64,000 nucleotides of DNA from Macrostomum lignano (taxonomy: Eukaryota), in contig NIVC01000140.1 of NCBI GenBank assembly GCA_002269645.1, forward strand, positions 1 through 64,000, written 5' to 3'. Of this stretch, positions 1-23,053 are shown piece by piece (position 1 is the stretch's first letter; each line of letters begins with the position of its first letter). The notes below the pieces were generated by a model, which saw only the letters and a program-made list of their open reading frames with translations, was not told the origin of the DNA and made no database searches. Position numbers and translations under genes: made by a program.

Positions 1-3000
1 AACCTGTATTCCCAATATTTCTCCCCTTTTCTCTGAACAAAATGAAGGAAGAGGCTGGTATAGCGACGAAGCAAAATGGTCAATGTGGTAGACTAGGAGC
101 GCTGCCTTGAGTCGAGCGCCGCGAACTCTGCTGTGCTCGGTATCCGATCCTGTGAGCTATCAGCCTGATCGTCTGTTGCTCTATTCGGTCGAGTGTTGCA
201 GGCAATTTGCCTGGAAAAGCATTTGAGAAGTGATCGCTCGGAGTAATGGCAGGTGCAGGGAAACGGAAGAGGACAGGATGGGGGAATCACTGAAAGGCCT
301 GCAGTGAACAGTCAGGCAAATAAACAGGCATTCTTGCATGCCTATCATTGGCCACAGCAGGGCTTGGCCACTTGGAAGGAAGGAGACTGCCGAGATCTCA
401 ATCCCAATGACTTCCCCGCTGCAGACAGTCGGGATGGGGAAGACAGGCAACGGAGATGGGGAGAATTAAGAGGATCGCAGCAGCCCTGCGTTTGCGTGGC
501 TGAGCCTCGCATTGTCTGGTCGCAGACGACCCGGGCAGGTCGCTCGCTATGCAGGCTTTCAATCACGGGATTCATCAGGCTGGGCGCGGCCTGGAAGGGG
601 ATTGAGGGCTGTGGGTGCAAGATGTGCAGATTTCTGGTGGCTGCAGGACTGGGAAGAAGCCGCACATCTCACGAGTAGAAACAGCGAAATTCGAGGCCTC
701 AGGAGGTATGAAGCCAAAATACCGCGGGCTGAGCAGGCGGCTATCTCTTCCCGGACCTCGCGAATCGCCTTCAATGCATTTCCAAGTTTCTAAAACTCAG
801 CTCATTATGCAAAAGCAAGCAGTGGATTGGAAACCTGCAGTCAACAGCAACTATCAATGCTAGATTTTCAGATATGCTCATGGAGAAAATTAGGATTGCT
901 TCTCTGCAATATTCGCTGGGCTAGAGAGAAGAGGTCAACAGATGTCGATTCATTTTCAGTGTCTGCCCTCCTACACGAAACAAAACGTTTCTAGCTGTCA
1001 GACAACAAACCCTCTGGGTTCAAGTAGCCAGCCACGGAAATGTTCACCAGCCACTCCTGACATGTTCTCATGCAGATGAATGCTCCATGCGAATAGCATT
1101 AATGAATCCCTCTGGGAATCGCTTGTGTGCACTGCGTCTGCCATCGATCAGAAGCCGGCAACTCTGCTCAGATTCACTAGGCGCTGCTGAAAAATGAATT
1201 CCCAAAGACCGGAAAAATTCTAAAATCGCAAGACTGTGTCATAATTTTGTTAAAACTGCTTAAACTGTCGAATGAATTCATGTTACTTTTTCATTCGCTG
1301 CAAAGCATAGGCTCGTATTATTCAATGCATTATGCATTCATTCTACCTACCATATTGCTTCTCATAAAAATCAGTAAGTGTAGCAAATTTCAAGGCTGAA
1401 AGAATAATTTCATGTTCGGATCGCGCTACTTATAGTAGATAAGCTGACTAAATACGTGTGGCCCACATCGTGAAATCTGGAAGTCTGAAGTCTGGAAACG
1501 CGTTGTTTGTCAGTACTAGCAATGTGGCGGCTTACAAGCTGAAAAGCGTATACGTATTTATCTTCTCTATTGCGACAACCCCCACATGTACAATGTACAC
1601 AGCGTACACTGTGTCCCCATAATCTCTGCTCATGACACTCGTCCCCTCGTAAAGGACCCGAACACTCGTTCAGTCCGATACGCTTGCATTGTCGAAGACT
1701 GAAAGGGAGGGCGCGGCAGCCTCAGAGTCTATCAAGGGCTAGCGTCTCCCAGATCGTAGTCTGTTTCGGAATCAGTTGAGACTCTGAGCTAGGTGCATGT
1801 AAATTTTTGGCTTCCCTTTGCGATCACCTTCCGGTTCTTTTGAGGTCTGCAAATGAAACCGACTGCTTTCTGGCACTCCAACAACATACTCCAAGCAGTT
1901 GTGGTGCCGGATTACCACCGCATCGCTTCCTCTGGTGTGAGACAATACGCCCACCCGTTCCGGCCCACCACCCTCTATTTTTTCTTTAACTTTAACGCAG
2001 CAAGCTTTCCTCCCGCGCGCTGCTGAGCTTTTCTGAATCAACTGCCCCAACCCAAAGGGCTCCGCTGTGGCATTTTGGCGCTTGTGCCTGTCCTGGGCCT
2101 TCAGAATCTGTCGGCGTGCAAACTCGGCCACTTTCATTTGGGAGAGCACCTTGTGGAGCACAACCGTATCGCTGCATGCTGTTGCCTTCCTCCCCCTTTC
2201 TTTTTCCGTCAACTGCTGCATCACGACGTTTTCCGTGACGAAAAAAAGACTGGGGTGACAAACATAATCTCGTGCAGACTGAACCCAGTCGTTTTGTTGG
2301 GTGCAGAATTGTAAAAAAACTGCACAGATAGCAAATTCTGTAGCCACCCACCCAGATAACCGACATGCGCACGCCATGCCACTCCGGGGGCTCTGGGGAG
2401 CACCTACCGCACTCCAAGCTTAGAGACATCTGCTTGAAGGAAGACGCTGCTCGTGAAGCGGGTCCCTTGAAGCGGGATACGATCGAGCTGCAGTTCAACT
2501 GAGGGTACCTCTGGGCACTGCTACTTTGAACTTGCTGACGCAGCTGATGCTATTTATGCGGGTCTCAGGCCCTAGCGTTCCAACCTTCAGAACTCTAATT
2601 TTTCGCTCGTCCCTCTCCCCAGGATTGTGTCGCCCAGATTTTGCACCACTGTAAACTTGGACTGGGACATCTGACAAAAAGTCTGACAGATTTTGACTGG
2701 AAGCTCAGTTCGACCAGTGGTGGCCAAGGCTATTTTGGAGCCAAACGGATACAGTTGACGTGTCGAGCTGAAAAACGTCGTTTCGGTTGTCTAGAAGTCT
2801 TGGAAGGCCGTCATATGAATGACGCTGCAGCAGGCACCGCTCTACCTCTAACTCATTTGCCGTTAACTGAGATTTCGATCAGGGGTAGCTTGCTTTCAGA
2901 CACGCAGAATATTTCTCCATCGTCAATCGACGGGCTGCTCATGCGCTCTGGATCCTTCCTGCATATTGTCCCCAAGGACGTGCAGTCGGTTTCTTAAACT

Positions 3001-4228
3001 GCCCTTTGACAGGCAGGCCTTGGCCAAAGTGCCCAGGCGTGTTGCAGCTCCTGCATGCTTTTTTGCCTTTGGCGGCGTTGCAGCTTCGGTGCCCGGCTTC
3101 GCCGCATCGGTAGCATCTGATAATATTAGAGACCTTGAAAATGAACCCTCGTGGTGTTCACCTCGAGATCTTCGCATGAAATTGTCGGTTCTCCTCACGG
3201 CGTGTTTCCGTGGAGGATGACTGATAGCTCGGCATAGTGAGAGATTTTAAATGATAGAAGTATTTTAGAACAATTATTACTTAATATACACTCCATTACT
3301 ACTAGTGGTAATGTATGTTGTCATAAAGGCCGCTTCTATGAAGGGACAGCAGCTATTTGGCCGGTGGGTGATGGGGTTTCTTGTTCTAATTATCCTGCAG
3401 CCGATACAACTGCTGAGACTGCATTCCTCTCTCCTTATTTGATTGTTTCAGCCAATCTATTCAAAATAGTTCTACAACAGTGATGTCTTAATGTGTTGCA
3501 TTAAAAAGTAAAAAAGTGAAACCACTTTTCACATAAATCACAATTCAGCCAATGGCGAACACCTGCTGTTTTATAACAGTAAAAGATTAAATATATTCAT
3601 AGCGCTTGAGTAACAAGCATAAATATTAAACTGTTAGACAAAAATCAGTCATTAATCAGCAATGAACCCTAAATACAAGTTCACAAATTTTATTTAGTTC
3701 ATTTCAAATTTAATTCAGAGTTAGTTGGGGTTTCTTATTTCATTTTCTAAGAATTCGAATATAAAAATTTGACTAACGTTCAAACTCAAACATCTTTTTA
3801 GATCAAAAAGATGTCAGATCATAATTAGGAAAAACGCTTTAAAATACATTGCTCATCATACATGCAAATCACGCATTGCTTGACTGATATTAGAGGCGAA
3901 AAATGCCGAATTTATTTGACGGCAGCCGGCACCCCTGAAAAACACCTCAACACCTCTTTGTTTTGGAGCAGGGCAAGCGTCATCCAGTGCTCAGCGGAAG
4001 AAGAAGACTGTCAAAGCTATTTGATGCACGTTTCACCTTTAACCTTTCGAAAGCTAAATCGACTTTAGAACTTTGACAAAGAGCGTTTCTGTCTGACGAG
4101 TATGATTTGCATGTTGTTTATAGTGAAGCATTAAACTTTCAGGCCATAAAATCGGTAGTAACGCACAGTAAGCCTCTTTAGCAGCTGTAGATACATGATC
4201 ATATTTTTGACCATTAAAGTTGTCTGAA

Positions 4229-15708
<11,480 letters not shown>

Positions 15709-17339
15709 TGCTGAGGGGCGAATGATTTTTGGGTAGACTGGTTGTTCTCTGGCTAGAAAAATTTTACTTGTACGAGTGCAACTTGCAGAGCCCTTGCTCT
15801 AAATCCTTGGCTGTACTTGCTTTTCTGGATTAAAATTAGAGGAAGCTTTAGGAAGCAACGAAAAATTCGAACAAAAGTTTTGATAGTATATTTCGGAAAC
15901 CATTCACCAAACTGGTACAATTACTTTTAAAAGTCTGAACTATTTTGCAAAATTTGGTACGAGAACTTATTTAGAACGCATTTTGGAAATTAATCGGGGA
16001 GAAATTTCCCGGAAATTTAAATAAAATTTAGAGTAAAGATTGCTGGAACTTTTAAGACTTACTACAAGTTTAGGCCAGATGTTTTGCAAGTCAAAAGAGA
16101 CGATTCTTGAGCAAAAATAGTTTTCTCGGTTTTCTCGGCGATTAAGATTCTTAAGCAGTTTACTGCTACTGAGGTCAATTAAAATTTAGATGCGCCGATT
16201 GAAGCTCATGAGACTTATAAGGTTCGTTGTTTATAACGAACTAAAAGTTTTTATTCCTGCGTTTTAAATCGAATGCACGGGCTCAATTTTGAAAGCTGGT
16301 ATCAACCTTTTGGTTGATTCGTGACCCTCATTCCAAGTGGTTCGGTTCCCAGTGTCAATTTCAAATGCCAATGTCAAATATTTCCTCGCAAATGCATTCG
16401 CCTGCATGAACACAGTGGCAGTGGGACAGGGGTTGATTGAAGCAGACTTGTACAGCTCTACTGCTAGACCAACTTGGGGTTTTACTGTCTGCCAACAGTA
16501 AAACGCACAGCACAACTACAGACAGTCCGCTGATTCGCCAGTTCCTCATTTCCATTCAGCAAAGTTGCTTGCCAGCTTATTCAGGCGTCTTCATCAACCC
16601 AGTACTGACCAGTGTCTGCATGCTTGCCTTGAGTGTCTCATTGCCTTTAGTTTGTCCACTTATTTTTTTTAATATAAGATTTCCTCATAGAATCCAAAGT
16701 GTTCAACTTACCTCTTTTAATGGGAAAGGATGGGAAATTATTTAAGCTATCGCGCGAAAATTCAGTTGCACTGACTAACTGGCAAAAAAACTACCAATTG
16801 CTATAGAGGCTTGTACGGCCCAGAAGTTTATTCTATATAAGAAAAACTTCCACTAAACTAAGAGTCACAAAGACAAGGAGTGGAGTGGATAGATAAGAAA
16901 GTAGGAAGGTGCAGACACAAGCAGAAGGCGGCAATATGATTAGGGTGACAGCCTTGATAAGAGAGAGCGCAAGGACGAGCAAGGTAACCAGGGCCCATCC
17001 CAGCCAAAGCAGGTAGTAGGATTGCCCGCGAAAGATCACCTGTTGCGCTAACAATCCGCAGGCTATGGTGCGGCCTTTGTACCCTTCAATCCTCTGGGTG
17101 TTCACCAGTGTTCAGCCGCTGGCGGCTCCAGCCAATACGGCCGAACCTGTGCTGTTAAGGAAAGGGGAAGCGGACAGGGTTGATACATCACAATGCAGCA
17201 ACCTCTGTGGTAGGAGGTTTCGGACACTTTTTCGCTCATTTCGGCTACTTGACCTTCCTCTCCACCTTCTATTGTTATTATTATTATTAAAAAATGTGCA
17301 TGCCAAGTGTAGATTTTTATATTTTATGATAATGATGTT

Positions 17340-19660
17340 CCGTCTCCAGATGACGGTGGCCTACCGTCCTTTGTTGAACGTGGTTGTGCTGCCCTAGTAT
17401 CAGAAGTTGAGGTTCATGCTGCTGACATAGGCCAGCAGCTCTTCGCCTTTGTTGTTAATGTTGTTGCCACACCAATGCCGGTTGGTGCGCTTTCACATCC
17501 CCTGCAATGAGCATCTCTAAATGATGCGCATAATCAATGAGCGCGTCGCTGATCACTGGAGTATCGCCTGGAAATTAGGCGGATGCTACCAGCGTGGATT
17601 TCTTGGAAAGAAGGTCACAATTCCTGGATTTAGAAAATGCAGATGTCCCAAGTCGAAGGGCTTCTGGACAGTCAGGCCCTCGAGCAGTTGCTCTGTCATC
17701 AGATTGACTGACGCCGCCAAGCATTGATGGGTGTTGATCTCCAGACACCAGGTTGGCATCATTGCAGATCGGGCGTTGCGGCCGCCAGGAGTTCCTCCTC
17801 CTCGGCGCTCACTAGCTTCGGGTTGAACCACTGGTACATGTATCCATGGGCTCCTCATCAGAAGGCCCCTGACCAGTCGTAAGGCAGTATAGGCGACTTT
17901 CGCTGCCCTTCGTCCACCGGCTGCGGGGTTCTCCACCTCGGATTGGCCCATTGCCAGCCGCCTGGGAAGGCGGATCCGTCTCTAGTCAGCCCTGCGCTGA
18001 GGTCCCTGGACAAGCTGATGCGCCTAGGCGTCCAGGCGACCTCTCACCCTAGTTGGCTAATTTTGAGAGTGCGGACCGCTTCAGCTGTACGCTGAATCAG
18101 ATGGCGCCATGGCTGTACTGCCTGCCGCCTGCCGTGCTCGATACCACGTGGAGGGTCGGCCTCGTCGCAGCTTTTAGAGCCGGCATTGATGAGGCTGTCG
18201 TGCGAGTAACGCTTACATTAAGTGTTAAAGGTGTTGCTTTAATAAGTAATATTTTATCTTAAAATAGACATCTCTATTAACATGGAAGTGTATCCCAGTT
18301 TCCCTTCTGGAATTTTCTAGAATAGAATTCTTAATTATGTCTATGGTCTCCGACTCCCAACCTGTACAACTCAGTTTTGTTTGAGCTACGCCAGAGCTAA
18401 ATTCAATGTTAACCCTCTCTCGCTCTCTTTCTCAAAACTCTCAATAAACGCTGAGTTACTACAACCAAATAAGACTTCTTAAATATTAAGGTGTCGGACA
18501 ACCCCAGGATGGCTGCGAAGCAGGAGCTTTCGGCGCATTTTAGGGTGTCGTGCCCCTCTAGGCCCATGGCGGGGAGCTCTCGATTGACTGCAAGCAGTCC
18601 GCTACGGAACTTATCGGCAGAGGTAACGACGCACCTCGCCGAAACCCAGATTATACTCGTATGACTCTTGGTCCGGGGGCGTTCGTCCTGCAGCAGCCTA
18701 GGTTAAGGTCCCAGCTCTGCTCGGACAGCAGATCAAGAAGCCGCCGTCCCGAGTCAGAATCACTGTCCCTCGTTGCATCTTAGTGAATGTTTAGGTGTGC
18801 CTTTTAGAGTGAGCCATCAATTGTGCAGCTCACCTGCTTCAGTTGATCGGGGACAGACGCGTGTCCTTCCCAAGAATGACAACCTCCTGTTGCGTCTTGG
18901 TTCGGCGGAGTCTTTGGCAGGTGGACTGTCCCCCTTTCCGGCTGTATCAGCTTCTATGTTCTTAGCAGGGACTTCAGTGGGCTCAGGACCCTCATCCGCC
19001 TCCGCTCCAGACCAGGAAGCTTCCGGAGCCGCGGGGCCGTTGGCTTCTGGCGCCGGTTGGGTTTCTGCCCTCCTTGGCGCTCTGTGCCTTATTAAGTCGG
19101 CGGTGGGCAGCTCCAGAGGTGGTGCTCAGCTGCTTTTTGGTAGTTGGAGCGGCGGGTGTCTTATCCAGAGGCACCGCACAGGGATTGCTTCACAGGTCTC
19201 GCCGAGGCGTCCCCGATGGTAGCAGGTGGTATGACCGCAGAATCGCAAGGTCACTACCCCAAACCAAGCGGCAAGTCCCCAAGAGAAAAAGAAAATTTTT
19301 TTATCTTCTCTTATTTTTTATCTTTATTAATAACCATAGCTGATACCCTGCGCAGGGGGACCAATGACCCAAGGGAAACGTTTGCGACCAGTCTAAATGT
19401 GTACTCCCTGGCCAAGCGTCCATCCGCATGGAGTTACACTGGAACCTATAGGGGGAGTTTATGGTCACACCTGGACCTCGGCTCCAACGAATCTGCTCCG
19501 CAAGACCCAAGTGACCTGACTTAGCACCCATCGGAACAAGTAGCCTTTGAAGTGCGCCTTGCAAGGTTAAAATAGGAGACAGTCTCTTGTTCCCGTACGC
19601 TCGTACAGCCGAAAGAGGCATGCGTGAGCATCTGTGGCTGGGAAAGGGGCCATACCCTCA
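17340..19660 (-). mobile_element. Decayed 5' fragment of a second LOA-like element (5' UTR, ORF1 remnant, APE remnant)
   Basis: Minus-strand peptides match the intact copy: TAILGLSDT vs TAILGLSDS, RYSHDSLINAG vs RYPDMSIISVG, CLEINTHQCLAASVNLM vs ILQLNLPHCIAASTNLM, KGEELLAYV vs RGEELLAYI. Multiple frameshifts; boundaries approximate. Confidence 0.75.
18222..18485. mobile_element. 264-bp AT-rich insertion flanked by TTAA inside the decayed ORF1
   Basis: TTAA at 18218-18221 and 18486-18489. Removing it rejoins GLSDT-LM to RYSHD (one extra base remains). No TIR visible. Confidence 0.5.
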
Positions 19661-21058
19661 GAATTTCTTCCACTTCGCCCCTTCGTGTTACAGTTCGCCC
19701 CTTCAGTTTTTGCTGCACTGTTTGTGAAACAGCCCTGAAAATCTGCAAGATGATGAACCTGTGTACGACACCAATAATATTAAAATTACGAGTCTTACTC
19801 GTAATCTTCACAGGAAAAGTAGGGATTACAGTTCAATACGCATTCCGCCAGCGATTGAGCATTCTGGTGTATTTTGTGGGCCATACCAGACTCATACTGT
19901 ACTAATAGTTCACCACGCCATTTTTTGCAGGACCCGAGGTCCTGAGGACAACAGCCCACAGAATATACAACAGCCCCGACCGCTTGCAGACTTCTTGACA
20001 AGCTATACCTATTCTCGAGAGGTGCTTGCTCGTACTTGAAAACAATCAGACGGATCATGCACCAAGGGGTTGCTTTGTTATACCGAAATTTCACATACAA
20101 GCCAATAAACCAACTTATTAAAACCAATACAAACCAGTTGAGATTCAAAAAGAAACAACACGCGAAATTGCAGCATGAATGCGAGTATTGAGTTTTGCAA
20201 GGTTTCAAACCAGAAGTAGTCGCGGTGGTAAAGACGAAATATTTTGATTACTTTTTGATGAAATCTTCAGTTACGAAATAAATTAACCGGTTTTTCATTT
20301 TATTAATTCAAAATGGGGCACCTACAAGCTAACAAATTGTTGCAAAATCCAAAATATTAAAAATTTATGGTCTTATAAAGACGCCTGATAATTTTTATAA
20401 AACAAATTTGAATTGGGAAGCCTTAAAAACTATCAACAGACTGGGAAAATCACGGAATAATGATGCTTGACCGAGCAAAAATTAATTTTGAGAAAATATC
20501 GGTTGGCTTATTGTACATATGCAACACTGACTATAGTCGATTCCATAGAATCGTCTCAGTAAGGATATCAATTGTGAGAAATTACAAATCATTAACTCCA
20601 TTAGTTTAGTTTCGATCCGTGGCTGATTCGAAATGAAGCATGCAACGATTATATGCGATAAAATAAACCATTTTACCTCCTACAGGTATTTTGAACAATC
20701 TTGTTCGAAAGAAGCAGGAGTTCAATTCAAACACTTTAGGAAACCTCTCTGCGCTTGCAGAAACTCAATTCAAAAGATGGGATTTTTGTACTGAAACATG
20801 CCTTTACCCGCACTAGGTACGAGTACTCTTATTTTTAAGAGTTCAAATTATAATATAAAGTCTCTCAGATTGTTCAGGAGCCCTGACGCCCTACTAGAGC
20901 GGCGCATCAAAAATTCAGCACCAGATCTGCGTCAGTGAAGAAAAGGCCTGAAAATTTCGAAACGTTTGCACCGTAATGTTTCTATTCACAAACCTTTGAA
21001 GAGCAAAAAATCAAGCTTACAATATCTTTCGCTAAAATACTGAGCGATTTAACATATC

Positions 21059-22398
21059 ATGCACACGCCATGCTCACACCATGCTCACACCATGCACACA
21101 CCATGCATACACCATGCACACACCATGCACACACCATGCATACCCTGCATACACCATGCATACACCATGCATACACCATGCACACACCATGCACACACCA
21201 TGCACACACCATGCATACCCTGCATACACCATGCATACCATGCACACACCATGCACACACCATGCGCACACCATGCATACACCATGCACACACCATGCAC
21301 ACACCATGCATACCATGCACACACCATGCATACCATGCATACCATGCACACACCATGCATACCATGCACACACCATGCATACACCATGCACACACCATGC
21401 ACACACCATGCATACCATGCACACACCATGCATACCATCCACACACCATGCACACACCATGCACACACCATGCACACACCATGCATACACCATGCACACA
21501 CCATGCACACACCATACATACACCCTGCATACACCATGCACACACCATGCATACCATGCATACACCATGCATACCATGCACACACCATGCACACACCATG
21601 CACACACCATGCATACACCATGCACACACCATGCACACACCATGCATACCATGCACACACCATGCATACCATGCATACCATGCACACACCATGCATACCA
21701 TGCACACACCATGCATACACCATGCACACACCATGCACACACCATGCATACCATGCACACACCATGCATACCATCCACACACCATGCACACACCATGCAC
21801 ACACCATGCACACACCATGCATACACCATGCACACACCATGCACACACCATGCACACACCATGCACACACCATGCACACACCATGCATACACCATGCATA
21901 CACCATGCATACACCATGCATACACCATGCACACACCATGCACACACCATGCACACACCATGCTCACACCATGCACACACCATGCATACACCATGCACAC
22001 ACCATGCACACACCATGCATACACCATGCACACACCATGCATACACCATGCATACCCTGCATACACCATGCACACACCATGCACACACCATGCACACACC
22101 ATGCACACACCATGCATACACCATGCATACACCATGCATACACCATGCACACACCATGCATACACCATGCACACACCATGCACACACCATGCACACACCA
22201 TGCACACACCATGCATACACCATGCATACCCTGCATACACCATGCACACACCATGCACACACCATGCATACACCATGCATACCCTGCATACACCATGCAT
22301 ACACCATGCATACCCTGCATACACCATGCACACACCCTGCACACACCATGCACACACCATGCACACACCATGCACACACCATGCACACACCATGCATA
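21059..22398. repeat. Short-unit satellite, mainly 9-bp catgcacac/catgcatac with 7- and 10-bp variants
   Basis: Direct reading. The long ORFs called here on both strands are artifacts of a stop-free unit. Confidence 0.97.
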
Positions 22399-22595
22399 CA
22401 GCATGTGCATCATTAAAAGTCGTGTGTCATCCAACCACAAGACCCAGGACACAAGAAGCAAGCGTGAAGAGTCAATCTGGTCAAGAGTCAAGGCACTCAG
22501 GGTGAAGCTAACAGTGGAGGCGTTGGGGGATTTGGACAAGCCGCGAAGTTTCGAGGTTCTGAATTCAAATTGCGGTCGTTCTGTCGTCCGAAATA

Positions 22596-23053
22596 TCACG
22601 AATGCAGACCTAATGCACTCGCCTTGCACTCACCGCAGATCCACACCATGAAGCAACATTCCCGCACTTACTCACGAATGCAGACCTAATGCACACGCCT
22701 TGCACTCACCGCAGATCCACACCATGAAGCAGCAGTCCCGCACTTACTCACGAATGCAGACCTAATGCACTCGCCTTGCACTCACCGCAGATCCACACCA
22801 TGAAGCAGCAGTCCCGCACTTACTCACGAATGCAGACCTAATGCACTCGCCTTGCACTCACCGCAGATCCACACCATGAAGCAGCAGTCCCGCACTTACT
22901 CACGAATGCAGACCTAATGCACACGCCTTGCACTCACCGCAGATCCACACCATGAAGCAGCAGTCCCGCACTTACTCACGAATGCAGACCTAATGCACTC
23001 GCCTTGCACTCACCGCAAATCCACACCATAAAGCAGCAGTCTCGCACTTACTC
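22596..23053. repeat. 76-bp tandem repeat, 6 copies, containing the candidate last exon of CNT-B
   Basis: Unit starts at 22596, 22672, 22748, 22824, 22900 and 22976. Confidence 0.95.

Noticed and set aside
1-900. Short ORFs with a vague tyrosine-recombinase-like phrase (GFIRLGAA)
   Set aside because: No consistent set of motifs in any frame; not enough to call.
16830-17330. Peptide APANT...DTSQCSNLCG resembling the zinc-finger region of restriction-endonuclease-type retrotransposons
   Set aside because: A single loose motif with no RT or endonuclease evidence nearby.
20925-20970. Hammerhead-like strings (gtgaaga...cgaaacgtt here; also near 37090-37120, 43310 and 55380-55400 on the minus strand)
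   Set aside because: The core CUGANGA is missing or helix II and helix I cannot form.
21057-22651. Several ORFs of 220-530 aa, His/Cys-rich, on both strands
   Set aside because: They are translations of a stop-free 9-bp satellite, open in multiple frames with no flanking gene structure.
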